A stretch of DNA of 63,929 nucleotides, filler included, from Craspedostauros australis (lineage: Eukaryota), in NCBI GenBank assembly GCA_030167865.1. It is 14 parts of 14 records of this genome, joined end to end, with 100 filler letters (N's around TTAATTAATTAA, not from the genome) between each part and the next. Parts side by side here need not be neighbours in the genome. Positions count along the whole stretch, not along the records: positions 1 to 7,952 come from JALAGF010002408.1; positions 8,053 to 10,622 come from JALAGF010002409.1; positions 10,723 to 13,297 come from JALAGF010002410.1; 11 more parts are not named here. One strand, 5' to 3'. Within the stretch, counting starts at the first letter, position 1, and every line of letters begins with the position of its first letter. The notes beneath the pieces were generated by a model. It was not told the DNA's origin. It saw only the letters and a program-made list of their open reading frames with translations, and searched no databases. Below, piece after piece: positions 1 through 11,514 of the stretch. The translations under genes and the position numbers were made by a program.

Positions 1-846
1 GATATCTTCCAATCGCGCCAGTCTTCGTTCAGACCGGAGAAAGGGAGAGGATCGGGGATGGAAACCTTGTCATAGCGCCAGTTGGTAGGTGTTGATGGAG
101 AGCGCATGCTTGCGCCTCCGCGTTGCGGCGAGCGCACAACCATCTCGTTGGTTTGCACGGCTGCGGCCGCTGTCTTCATGTCCATCTCGAGACGAAGTTT
201 GGTCGTCGAGATCGCCACTGATGAGTCGATGGTTGGCAGCTTGTAGTTGCGACCTTCGTTGAAGTCATGGATGGCTTCCCAGTTCGTTGTGTCGTCGACG
301 GCGTTGTGACGTGCGTATTCNNNNNNNNNNNNNNNNNNNNNNNNNNNNNNNNNNNNNNNNNNNNNNNNNNNNNNNNNNNNNNNNNNNNNNNNNNNNNNNN
401 NNNNNNNNNNNNNNNNNNNNNNNNNNNNNNNNNNNNNNNNNNNNNNNNNNNNNNNNNNNNNNNNNNNNNNNACAAGCTCCTTGATGTATCCTGCTACTGC
501 CTTGTTGTTGATCGTTCTCGTCATGGTGGAAGTGGTGGTATAGTGATAAGCTTGTTGGTGACTTCACGACTCTTAATCTGTCAAACGTGCAAGTAACTAC
601 TGAGACTGGCCCGTTGTTGCGTGCCCTGGTCGGAGCTCTTGTTGTTTTATTGTGAGTTGTCCGAGGACAATCTCCGACCAGTATTTGATTAATACGATTA
701 GTAAAGAGGTAAGAAGTACAGTGAAAGCTGTCACTGAGAAGGAGACGCAGAACTCTGCAGGTTCAGAGCAACTCATTCGTCCTGGGCAAGCAAGAAGCAT
801 CGGCACTGCGAGGCATTGGCATTGAATGTTGAGCCAATTCATCACA
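1..846 (-). mobile_element. 5' end of a putative LTR retrotransposon: candidate LTR 579-846, primer-binding site 565-578, partial internal region
   Basis: The minus strand reads TGTGATG...CGTTTGACA, followed directly by GATTAAGAGTCGTG, which is complementary to a tRNA-Lys(CUU) anticodon arm (GACTCTTAATC). The outer LTR boundary at 846 is inferred only from the TG..CA ends. Confidence 0.45.
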
Positions 847-967
847 ATCGCATCGGAAGACGTTGGCCAGAGAGAGAGAGAGAGAGAGTCTTACTGATAA
901 AGACAACAAGACTCGTACCGCACCAGATACTCCAACCACCACCTTCGGGCACACAACCGGCACCCAC

Positions 968-3900
968 ATGAAGTCCTTGACGGGATCATCCAGACGACGA
1001 GGATGTGCTGCATTGCTCACGTCCTTGTTCGTCGTCACCAGCGCGAGCCGATCCGCCGTGCTGGATTTCAGCGGCGTCGAGGCATCGCGTTCGCGCACAA
1101 GCAGCCTGCGAAGAACGGGCCGGGCTCGTATTGAGACAGCTGCGGGGCTGCTTTTAGATTCCAGCGATGGAGCAGTGGAGGAGGCCAGTGACAAGCAAAG
1201 ATCAAATGCCAAGCGGCATCCAGCAAGTGCTTCGGAAAGCGCGAGTCGCTTTGGACAGCATGCAGTCGACGAATCGGAATTTCAATTCGGGCGGGATCTT
1301 CCGCAATCAGAAGACGCGTTGCACAAGCATATGGAGCGATCCAATCAATTGGAGCGTCATGACATCCTCCATCGAAGTGGGCAGCAACAGCAACAACAAC
1401 AACAACAACAACAACAACAGCGACAGGATGCAATCAGCTTGCCACACCGGTTGCTTCAGAGCGTCGACGCCCAGAAGAACATTGATGCGGCGGAAACTGG
1501 CCCAGATGTACATCCAGATAGACTGCCCCAATTCACTTGCAACCGGACGTCGGAGGCACAAGTGCACATAGAATGGAAGATCACAGCATCCGACTTCGAG
1601 CAGAATATCCGGACAAGCCCGTATCCTGCAGAGGTTGTGATCCAGTCGCCGCGTCAGCACCGGGCACATCAGGGCGTCGAGCCCATCAATTTTGAGCAGC
1701 AGTACACGGAACACACCGAGCTCAAGCCCATTTCCGTCTGCATCCCAATCGATGGTTGTTACGTCGCCGATCTCACGCACTTCCAGCCGGCAGATGTTGA
1801 GATCGTCCACATGATCTGGAGGCAATCGTCGAATGAGACGGACCCAGCATTGGAGGATGGCGCTGGAGGAATCGTTGAATGGATGCCCATTGAAGGATTT
1901 GAACTGCCAGCTCGCGCTCCAGCACATTCTGGCGCCGACTTTCATGGTGCTCAGACAGCTTTTGTCTCCATCTTCGATTTCGGCACAACCTGCATCCCGC
2001 ATTGCGATGCGACGAACGAGGTCCTCATGGAGTTGGAAATCGTCACCAGCGAATCGGGTCCTGTCGAGTGGTGGATCCAAACAGCCGCAGACGAAGTGCA
2101 CGCCAACAATGTTTCGAATGATGATCGTGAGATACCATCTTGCGACGGTGGTCCGTTGGCAGTGGACCAGATACACCCGAAGAGGAAGATCCTGCAAACT
2201 TGCGAGCGCGCGGAGATGCTCCACTGCAACTACTTCATTTCCTACAGGTTCATGGAGCGCTTCTGTTTGCCCAAGCCACAGACCGTCACGTCCTTCGTGG
2301 AGGATGTCAACGAAGACGATGCTTCGTGTTACAAGTTGATATTGGCAGATCAGTCCTATTCTGGCACAACTATTACTCCCAACTCATACTCATTGCGAAT
2401 GTATCCGCGAAGCAGCGATGATGATGTTCCGACGGGTGGCGACAAGGCCAGCGCAGCGCCCGTACGGTTCGGCGACCAAACATTCCAACGTGTGACAGAC
2501 GGTCTACCAGAGCCCGTCTACATTGCAAGAGAGGAAGGCTTCCGATTCGTCAGCCTCGACTTTGCCACTAACGCCGTGAATGGGACCGTACCGCCTTTGG
2601 AGTTTACGTCAAAATGCGCAATCGCAGCGCGTGCATCCTGCCCTCGCGGCAAGTCCTTCGTGGAGGCCTTCGTTTGGCGCGCCGTGCCGACGTTGAGACC
2701 GGAGCCCATGACGTTCAAATTGCAATCTGCACTGTCTGTCCTCAACCAAAGGGTCGGGAAAACGGAAGATTCGGACGAAGATGTCCTGTACACCGAGGTT
2801 TGGGATCCGACGGAACACGAATCGTTGTTGCAGCACACGGCGCTGTGTGCACCCCTCACGCTGCAGCATAAGTGCTTCGATGTGTCGATCACGGCATACT
2901 CTGCGGACAGCCAGGAGTGGGGCGAAATCCAACTTTACATGGATCGCACTCTCTTTGCGGACGGTGGGTACCGTCTCGAGAGGATCAAGACGCCGCAAAG
3001 CAACAGCATGCAACGAGACGATGCAGGTTATTCGATCAAGGTCGGCATATGTCGAGCGGAAGAGATCTGCTTGCAGGAGGAAGCCATGTTCCGTGTCTGG
3101 TATCAACCTCGCACCGTTGCATCTGTCCAGCAGCACCAAACATTCCGATGGTGGCTGCAAGGAGTGCCTTATGTTTCCAAACCTCAGAACGGACAAACCA
3201 GCAACAGCGTCGATGACAACACCGCTGCTGCCACCAGCACAGCAACCGCAACCGACGGCCTCATCGTCTCCTCGCAGCAATGGTTCGACAGCGGTCTCTA
3301 TTCCACACGAGCACGAGAATCATACTTTTGCATTCCGCAGCAGTCCCATCACAACAAGTGCTTGGAGCTCAACACGGTGCAAACCAAGGTCACAAATCCA
3401 ACCCAACAGGTCATTCTCATTTACAACATGGACGACTACAGCAATGCGCTCCCACTGTTCCGGGGGTCGCACATGTCTTACGACTCTGGATCCACGTGGT
3501 ACACCATCTCTTCGTTTTCCGGATCGCGTACCGCTTGTGGAAACAACATCCCCAACAAGGACTGGCCGTCCTTCGATGGCGACGACGAACCGTTGGGCTT
3601 GTCCAGCGCCGCGATTGCCGTTATCATCAACGGCATCGCGATTGTCTTTGCCACCACGATTATTGTGTGCTACATGAGACGAGTTGGATGGCTGCGGCGA
3701 AACGCAGAAGATGTGCACACGCTCAGCGGGGATACCGTCAAGATGGATGACTTTGATGATATGATGGATGGCGATCATGGAGACAATGCCGATCATGCCG
3801 ATGGTGATGAAGGTAATACTCTGGATGGTCACGGTGATGCAACTACGCAGCCTGTGGAAGCTGCTGAGAGGCACTCGAATACGAGAAATCCGGCAGTTGC

Positions 3901-4666
3901 GAATAATGCGGACAACAATGATAATGACATACCTCGTTCCACAGTGATGGAGGATGACATCAACGGCAACGGAAACGAAGAACAGGATGCGGAGGACGAA
4001 GTTCCTGTGATGACACTCCATGCTGAAAGCGACGATGGTGATTTGGAGGACCAGGAGAGCACCACAGATCAAGACCATGACACCAGCCAACCTGGAGCAG
4101 ACCAATGTTCTAACGCCGAAGCACATCCAAAGGGCTCAGAAAATGATGCTGGACCTCGCCAGGCCAAGTGTCCTGCAATCGACGACAAAAGCCAAGAGGA
4201 GGTGGATGGCAACAAAAATCAGCACGTTGCACCATGTACGGATGCGACGACGAATTCGACGACGGAAATAGGTGCTGCGGAGATGACTATGATGAGCAAC
4301 ACGGAGGCTGACCAAGCCACTGATGCCATTTCGCACGATCTCCCAACAAATGCGCCATCAGCGAATGATCAGGATCCTCGGATCAATGCAAGCGGCGAAG
4401 CAGCCCATTCGCCTATCATTGCGAACGATACACCGAAGACAATACACATCGAAATGCAAGAGGAAGGCGACGCAAATGCACAACCATCAACGCACGCGAA
4501 CGAATCCAATCACAACCAGGAGTCCGAAACTTCAGATATCGAATACAACACTTCAGGGTCATTCAGCACAGCCATTCGGATTGACATGGATGGCGAGCTG
4601 ACGCATATTCCTTCGCATGATGAAACAGAGATCATTGCTGCAACCGATGCGGGAATGCAACAATAG
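968..4666 (+). CDS. Large single-pass (type I) membrane protein with Cys-containing repeated ectodomain modules and an acidic disordered tail
   Basis: Uninterrupted ORF 863-4666; first ATG at 968 is followed by hydrophobic AALLTSLFVVTSA. It has poly-Q, recurring C-(I/L/A)-P...C-(Y/F/L) motifs, a TM helix (AIAVIINGIAIVFATTIIVCYM) followed by RR, and a D/E/N-rich C-terminus. Confidence 0.8.
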   Translation: MKSLTGSSRRRGCAALLTSLFVVTSASRSAVLDFSGVEASRSRTSSLRRTGRARIETAAGLLLDSSDGAVEEASDKQRSNAKRHPASASESASRFGQHAVDESEFQFGRDLPQSEDALHKHMERSNQLERHDILHRSGQQQQQQQQQQQQQRQDAISLPHRLLQSVDAQKNIDAAETGPDVHPDRLPQFTCNRTSEAQVHIEWKITASDFEQNIRTSPYPAEVVIQSPRQHRAHQGVEPINFEQQYTEHTELKPISVCIPIDGCYVADLTHFQPADVEIVHMIWRQSSNETDPALEDGAGGIVEWMPIEGFELPARAPAHSGADFHGAQTAFVSIFDFGTTCIPHCDATNEVLMELEIVTSESGPVEWWIQTAADEVHANNVSNDDREIPSCDGGPLAVDQIHPKRKILQTCERAEMLHCNYFISYRFMERFCLPKPQTVTSFVEDVNEDDASCYKLILADQSYSGTTITPNSYSLRMYPRSSDDDVPTGGDKASAAPVRFGDQTFQRVTDGLPEPVYIAREEGFRFVSLDFATNAVNGTVPPLEFTSKCAIAARASCPRGKSFVEAFVWRAVPTLRPEPMTFKLQSALSVLNQRVGKTEDSDEDVLYTEVWDPTEHESLLQHTALCAPLTLQHKCFDVSITAYSADSQEWGEIQLYMDRTLFADGGYRLERIKTPQSNSMQRDDAGYSIKVGICRAEEICLQEEAMFRVWYQPRTVASVQQHQTFRWWLQGVPYVSKPQNGQTSNSVDDNTAAATSTATATDGLIVSSQQWFDSGLYSTRARESYFCIPQQSHHNKCLELNTVQTKVTNPTQQVILIYNMDDYSNALPLFRGSHMSYDSGSTWYTISSFSGSRTACGNNIPNKDWPSFDGDDEPLGLSSAAIAVIINGIAIVFATTIIVCYMRRVGWLRRNAEDVHTLSGDTVKMDDFDDMMDGDHGDNADHADGDEGNTLDGHGDATTQPVEAAERHSNTRNPAVANNADNNDNDIPRSTVMEDDINGNGNEEQDAEDEVPVMTLHAESDDGDLEDQESTTDQDHDTSQPGADQCSNAEAHPKGSENDAGPRQAKCPAIDDKSQEEVDGNKNQHVAPCTDATTNSTTEIGAAEMTMMSNTEADQATDAISHDLPTNAPSANDQDPRINASGEAAHSPIIANDTPKTIHIEMQEEGDANAQPSTHANESNHNQESETSDIEYNTSGSFSTAIRIDMDGELTHIPSHDETEIIAATDAGMQQ

Positions 4667-4939
4667 AATCTCACCAGAGAGCGCTGGTCAGCCCGTTTTG
4701 GAGACGCTCTGCTATGTAGTAAAAGACAGACGGAAATACCAGAGTAAATCAGGTTCATCAGTGCAATCTCTTGAATATCTATGACACACGAGTATGCACC
4801 CTGCCATGCCACATCGTAGCATGGTTGTGTACTCGTAAGTGTTTGGTAAACTATCCCCATCAAACCATGCATTTGAATCGGTACATCCCCTCCGCCATGC
4901 TGCGTTCATCCCAACTCTACGTGTATTACCCGTCCTGAT

Positions 4940-5533
4940 CTACTCCTTGCGTGCGGATGATAGAAGCTGCTTCACAATCTCTCCCTGGTGATGATTCCAA
5001 AAGTCCATCGCGTAGTGCGATGCCAGAAACACGCAGAACTTCATGACGACCGCGCTGGTGTCCAAACTACCACGGCCCATCGTGTAGAAGTTGTAGTAGT
5101 GGTCGATGTTGCGGGACGATGCGAGAGTTTCCGTCAGCTCCTCATCAACATCATCATCATCCGTGGTGCCAGTACGCTTGTCGCCAGCATCCCTCCAGTT
5201 TTCCGCAGACGAGCGATCCGAACCATGGCCGTCCATGGAAATGCCACCCTCCCCAGGAAGATGATACGCTTCGGAGGATGTATGAGATCTCTTCGTCCCG
5301 TACGGATTGAAACGGTCGCAGCTGATGTCGTCGTCTGAATCGCAAGGGTAGTCATCACGGTCATCATCCACGGAGCTGGCGTCGTCTTGATGCAACAAGG
5401 AGCTTCGGGGACCTGCTGTGATCATGTTGCGATGGGTTCCTCGCAAGGGTGAGGGAACGAAGAAGCATGCTGCGAATTGGGGAGCACGAGGTGGTGTAGA
5501 AGCAGAAGTAGGATTCGAAGCAGACGATGGCAT
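4940..5533 (-). CDS. Hypothetical small protein with an acidic low-complexity region and a hydrophobic C-terminal segment
   Basis: ORF 4940-5545 with ATG at 5533, convergent with the preceding gene; no recognisable family motif. Confidence 0.45.
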   Translation of the reverse strand: MPSSASNPTSASTPPRAPQFAACFFVPSPLRGTHRNMITAGPRSSLLHQDDASSVDDDRDDYPCDSDDDISCDRFNPYGTKRSHTSSEAYHLPGEGGISMDGHGSDRSSAENWRDAGDKRTGTTDDDDVDEELTETLASSRNIDHYYNFYTMGRGSLDTSAVVMKFCVFLASHYAMDFWNHHQGEIVKQLLSSARKE

Positions 5534-6014
5534 GTTCGCAATCACTTTGCTTTGTGCTTTCAGTCTCGATCTCTGTACCTTCGTATGGTACTATACCTCT
5601 GTACCAGTATCTACCTGAGCGTATGGTGCGCTCGCGGTGCTGCGTCTGGAGATCGAATCACAGATGAGATGGAGCCTTGCAAAGAATGAAGCACACAATG
5701 AAAGCGATGCAGAGTCGGCTGTGAGAATGATGGATCAACCCGAAAGATCTCACAGCAGGTGTCCTCGTTGCTGTTAGCTCCGCCGCCGGGCGAGGCGGCG
5801 GCGGCAACACCCCGGCTCTCTCTCTCACACGCGCTCTGAGTGATCGAGGATGGGAACACCATGATCGACGGAGGAATTCCGCGAATTTGCTTGTTTCCCT
5901 CCTCGAACAACAATCCACAAGAATAGGGAGATATCGCATGTAATTTGATGAGTCCCAGGGTCCAAAATAACCTGATAGAGACATTTCTTTGGGGGGGTGG
6001 ATGAGAATTTCGCT

Positions 6015-6075
6015 TCTTCAAATTACATGCCATGTCAAACGAAACTTTCGTTTGACATGGCATGTAATTTGAAGA
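6015..6075. repeat. Perfect palindrome: 30-bp arms with a 1-nt spacer
   Basis: TCTTCAAATTACATGCCATGTCAAACGAAA-C-TTTCGTTTGACATGGCATGTAATTTGAAGA. Confidence 0.95.
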
Positions 6076-6694
6076 GTCCCGCCAAATACGAACTCCACGC
6101 GGAAGTAAANTGAANTGACAATTTTNTATCCAATCANAAGCGTACATNTTTCTTCGGTTCGCATCTTCATTGTTCTTGAATTGTCTTGTTTCTTTCCTAG
6201 ACTAACGTTGATGTGAACGGTTCGAGTCAGCCATGTTGCAGCATACACGAAGCTGATCCTGGCCTCTGCGCAGACCTTGTCCTCAGGCAACCAAATCCAC
6301 ACATGTCGAGACATGCTTTGGAGAAGTCGTAGTTGTTGTTTACCACATAGATTATAGTCTTTAACTATGCGCCGTAGGCGCTTTGTGTTGCCTCGTTTTT
6401 CTGAATGAGTCATCTGGCAGGAACGGATGATGTTGGGGAAGCTGCTGTCCTTGTGGTGTATTCGATTGTGTGCATTGGATAGCGTGCATTAGATAGTGTA
6501 GGTGTAGTTAGAGCATGCATGTTACGCTAAGCGTCACTGGACGTCAACGGCAGGAGACAGGGCAGCGCCCACGCGGTCAGCTTCGGGGCTCCAGCTCGCA
6601 GGCTGGGAGATGCGGCGACACATCCACGCTTTTTGCGCTGGGGAACAGAAGCTGCAATGTGGGACATAGCATGTAGCAGAGTGAACAGCCTACG

Positions 6695-7952
6695 GTGTGG
6701 TCCCAGCAGGTGAGAGTACTGGCGGCGGCAGGTTGGGAAGAAGACCCGCACGAGGCGTGGGGCAACGACATGGCCAATGAGATCAGGAAATGGCGAACTG
6801 AAGGCAACACTATTATACTGGGGGTCGACCTCAATGACGTTGTCCTGGACAGTACCACTGCTCGCCTTCTGGAGGCCACAGGGCTGAAGAATGCGGTATG
6901 GAATAGAACAGGAGACCAGGCAAGGCAAGCTACCCAACAAAGAAACTGAAACAACGTGCCTATCGACGCGATATTCATGTTGGAAGGAGTGCATCTGGAG
7001 AAGGCAGGCTACCTGGGGTTTGGCGAGGCCATACCATCCAACCACAGAGCGGTATGGGTCGACGTTGGTTTCAAGCAAGTCCTAGGTGTGGCCGTGAAGC
7101 CCATCCGGACCTCTCAGCCCAGGCGGTTGGTCCTCAGTGACCCACGTGTCACCCAGAAGTACAATGACGCACTGTTGGAAGAGTACGGAAAGCACAACAT
7201 ATGCGAACGGGTGCAAGAGATATGGTGCCTGGCGAAATCTCAAGGATGGCAACTGACCCCTGCCCAACGACTCCAGTACAACAAGCTCTTGGCGCAGACC
7301 TATGAGATCAGAAGATACGCAGAGAAGAAGTGTTGCAAGCTGAGAATGGGTGCCGTGGCGTGGTCTCCCGACCTGGAACACGCGAGGAACGTGATCAAGT
7401 TTTGGTCCTTGGAAGTGAAGCACATGTCCGGTGTCAAAGTCAGTTCGTCCCTTCGACAACGCACCAAGAAGTCCGTGGGGCTGGACAGCGAGGCGACGCT
7501 GGAGCAAGCGAAACAGAAACAGTCTGAAGCATACGCAGCCTATTACACACAGAAAAAACATCACACACAAGCGCGACAACACTATCTGGTGGAGATTGCG
7601 AGGCAACGCCACGATGCTCATGATCAAGAATACGAAGCTGCGCTACATCTTCTGCTGAACCGTGAGAGACAACGGGAGCAAGCAGGCCGCCTTCGAGCGA
7701 TCTTCGGTCAGGACAAGTCAATGACCACCAAAGTCCTGTTCACCGACGAAGATGGCAGGCTTCATGAATGCACCGAACAACATGAGATTGTCACCGCGTG
7801 TATCCGGGAGAACAAGCGAAGGTTCTCACAAGCAAACAGTACTCCCTGTATGACAGGTCAAGACAAGCGTGTCATGGATCGTATCTGGCAACCGGAACTC
7901 GCAGCCCAACTGGTGAACAAGGAGGGCACGTCTCCAGCCGAACTTGACCCCA
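6695..7952 (+). mobile_element. Degenerate non-LTR retrotransposon (LINE) fragment: APE-endonuclease C-terminal part and linker
   Basis: Motifs IILGVDLN (GDxN-like), PIDAIF (RID-like) and SNHRAVWVDV (SDH-like). ORFs 6695-6949 and 6956- are in the same frame, separated by one TGA. Truncated by a gap before the RT domain. Confidence 0.75.
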
Positions 7953-8052
7953 NNNNNNNNNNNNNNNNNNNNNNNNNNNNNNNNNNNNNNNNNNNNTTAA
8001 TTAATTAANNNNNNNNNNNNNNNNNNNNNNNNNNNNNNNNNNNNNNNNNNNN
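7953..8052. other. Artificial contig-joining spacer N44-TTAATTAATTAA-N44, first of 13 (others near 10667, 13342, 14843, 18402, 21433, 23495, 25635, 27443, 28656, 60061, 61614, 62818)
   Basis: An identical 12-mer with stops in all six frames, embedded in fixed-length N runs. Confidence 0.97.
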
Positions 8053-8989
8053 CGGCGTGTGCAACGATACCCCCATCGCGGATGACATGAAATGCAACCG
8101 ATGCCAATCCGGCATATTGTCGACATCCACCTGTGCGCCTGTAACTGCCGTCTTGACCATTGCCTCCGGCAGCTCTTGCCCAGCCACCTGCACCTAAATG
8201 GCCTGTGGGAGCAGGAGCACGAACACATCCCTCCTCCGGTTCCACACCAAATCCAGGTCTTGAAGGGTGTGGGCCAGCTGCCTTATGGATAACAACAAAA
8301 TCACCCTCTTCATTGGGTCTCCAACGCACCGGAAGTGTCCAATGGATCTTGCCGTCCACCCGCATACAGTATCCGCGGGCTTGGGCGAGAGCGTTGTTGG
8401 GACAAGAAAGCAATATGGCGCTCAATTTGACCAATGCCTGACAGCCCCAACACGCGGCGCACCGGAAAACAGTTCATGTCACGCATCCTCGTATACTCGT
8501 AAAACTAACATACGGACATATAATACTTGTCAAAGTGCAGCATGAGCCGAACACCATAAGACTAGATTCTTGCTCCGTTCAAATACGACCTGCAGAGAAT
8601 GTAAAATAGGTCGCGATAACACTAGTTGTGGAGATTTGTTCGTGATGAGTCATGATAAAGTAGACTAAAATAGAGCACACAGTTGGGATTCAATAAGGGA
8701 CATGATAGAACAGAATATAATCATAGGGTACTTACTCCAAATAAAGACTGATCAGATCCGACAATGAAGTATGTAGATTGTTTTGTATTTTGTTGTGCTC
8801 AAGTAATTTGATTGCAATGTTATCGAAGAAAGCTGGCCCAATTCTGAATCTGATGAAGTCAGAATTGTGAGCATGAAGAGTGCAATGCAAGATGATGATG
8901 ATGACGAAATGAGATTGCACAAGTTGCACACAGCAATACTGCTGTAAAATGATGCCTTGCACTGTTGTATTCACATGTGGGAGGAAATG
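8053..8989 (+). repeat. 937-bp reverse-complement copy of 10723-11659 (3' end and downstream region of the PTSA gene)
   Basis: Identical ORF translations on opposite strands (e.g. MWASCLMDNN..., MPPAALAQPP...). Both copies begin at contig edges. Confidence 0.95.
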
Positions 8990-9570
8990 CATGTTTGCAA
9001 GCACAGAGGTGAAGACAAGATTGCTGATACGATGGTGTGCAATGATCAAGGTTGTGAATTAGTATTTATGAGGAGCTGCATTGGTTGTTGCAGGTGTTTC
9101 GTCTCCTCCTGATCCGCCGCGGTGATCGCGGTGATGTGCGGCCTTGCGGCGTCTTTCTACTAGGATCCACGGATTGTGTTCCTTGCCCTGGACTGTTCCT
9201 GCAGTTCCTTCACCTTCGGCGAACCTCGTCGAAGGCTGGGTTTGGAACGAGACGTGTTTCGGGCTAGGAAGCGTTTGGATGGTTGCACTTTGCCGTGACT
9301 GGCCGGAGGCTGGATTGGCAAAGATCAGATGGCACGTTCAGGTCCACGATGACCAGTACTGCCATAATTCTGAAGCTGTACAATTGAGGACTTGTTATTC
9401 AGATATATTGGATGAACCAATATATCTGAATTGCAAGGTGTCAACAAGATGGTGTGGAATTGAGGAATCAATATGACCCGTGTGAGTCAATAGCGGTGCG
9501 GTCCCTCCAGGATTCTTTGATTATGGACCTTCAATTCAGATGAAACTTGGCGCACATACACTCTAACATA

Positions 9571-10277
9571 TGTTGGCAAGTTCCGCTCACGGTAACCTAC
9601 GATCGTGGAAGATAGTGTTGGTTGATAGTCGTTCGTTTGCTATTTCATTACGTTGGCACTCCGATCCTCTCGGTGTACACCAGTTGTCTTGCCCGATACT
9701 CTTGGCGCTTCAATCTGTTTCGTAGATTCGATCGCCCAACTATGAGTCGGTACGCGAGATCCTCTCTCTCTCAACATCGTGTACTTGCGCTACACGATGC
9801 TCCGTGTTTGATGCGTATTCCGCATTCCACACTCCGTTCATTCAGTACTGGCTCCTACTCCATGAGTACTTACCATTTGAACTTCACCTTCTGTATCCAT
9901 GATGCTGATCCTCTTCGGTCATTGGATCTTTGCCTTCTGCTCTGACTTGGAGACAGATGTCAACGTGGTGACATGATGACATCCTGTCGACGTCAGTAGG
10001 CGTCCTTCTGCTCTCCAGATGTCACGTTCCATTGGTGATGCAGCAGCCTGTCAGATGATATCGTCATCTGAGGTTTGGTTGGGAAGTACCTTGAGATTCT
10101 CTTGGTACCATTGATGGATGGACAGACGATCTTCCAATTCTCCCAGAAATCGTTATTTGCAAATTTCCTCCAGAAATCTTGCTCCTTTTCATGTGTTCCA
10201 TTGTTGGAAATCCGGGGTTATAGTAGTAGACTAATCTGTTATCAGTCTGTACCGTTTTAGAACTGTGAGCACAACAT
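9571..10277. mobile_element. LTR-family copy beginning TGTTGGCAAG
   Basis: Shares its start with 19307 and with the reverse strand at 22015. Internal segments match the reverse complement of 59791-60016. The right end is approximate. Confidence 0.65.
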
Positions 10278-11514
10278 GCTCATCTCCTTTCGATTCCAAT
10301 TCACAACAAGCATGATCTGCAGCAGCCACCCAAGGTTACACCTTTTGGCTTGGCTCCTTTCGTCTGCATTTCCATCTTGCGTTCATCATGGTTCATCGCT
10401 TGCTTAGCTGGGAGTTGGAGAGTACCTACATTCGTCAAGTTCATACTCGTAGACCTGTAGGTACCTCTCCTTCGGTCTCCTGTCACTTCACTGGTCCCAC
10501 TTCATTTCAGTTCCTCCCTCCGGTCATCTCGATGGTTGGGTTGCCTTTGGATGTTTGGAACTTATTGTCATCTGGATCGTGGTCTTGGGTGAATAGGGAT
10601 CGCCTCTGTTTCGCTTTCTCACNNNNNNNNNNNNNNNNNNNNNNNNNNNNNNNNNNNNNNNNNNNNTTAATTAATTAANNNNNNNNNNNNNNNNNNNNNN
10701 NNNNNNNNNNNNNNNNNNNNNNCATTTCCTCCCACATGTGAATACAACAGTGCAAGGCATCATTTTACAGCAGTATTGCTGTGTGCAACTTGTGCAATCT
10801 CATTTCGTCATCATCATCATCTTGCATTGCACTCTTCATGCTCACAATTCTGACTTCATCAGATTCAGAATTGGGCCAGCTTTCTTCGATAACATTGCAA
10901 TCAAATTACTTGAGCACAACAAAATACAAAACAATCTACATACTTCATTGTCGGATCTGATCAGTCTTTATTTGGAGTAAGTACCCTATGATTATATTCT
11001 GTTCTATCATGTCCCTTATTGAATCCCAACTGTGTGCTCTATTTTAGTCTACTTTATCATGACTCATCACGAACAAATCTCCACAACTAGTGTTATCGCG
11101 ACCTATTTTACATTCTCTGCAGGTCGTATTTGAACGGAGCAAGAATCTAGTCTTATGGTGTTCGGCTCATGCTGCACTTTGACAAGTATTATATGTCCGT
11201 ATGTTAGTTTTACGAGTATACGAGGATGCGTGACATGAACTGTTTTCCGGTGCGCCGCGTGTTGGGGCTGTCAGGCATTGGTCAAATTGAGCGCCATATT
11301 GCTTTCTTGTCCCAACAACGCTCTCGCCCAAGCCCGCGGATACTGTATGCGGGTGGACGGCAAGATCCATTGGACACTTCCGGTGCGTTGGAGACCCAAT
11401 GAAGAGGGTGATTTTGTTGTTATCCATAAGGCAGCTGGCCCACACCCTTCAAGACCTGGATTTGGTGTGGAACCGGAGGAGGGATGTGTTCGTGCTCCTG
11501 CTCCCACAGGCCAT

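Noticed and set aside
7997..8008. Recurrent TTAATTAATTAA as a biological repeat or CRISPR-like array
   Set aside because: It is always centred in fixed N runs and gives stops in all six frames, so it is an assembly linker. ORFs ending ...XXLIN are artefacts.
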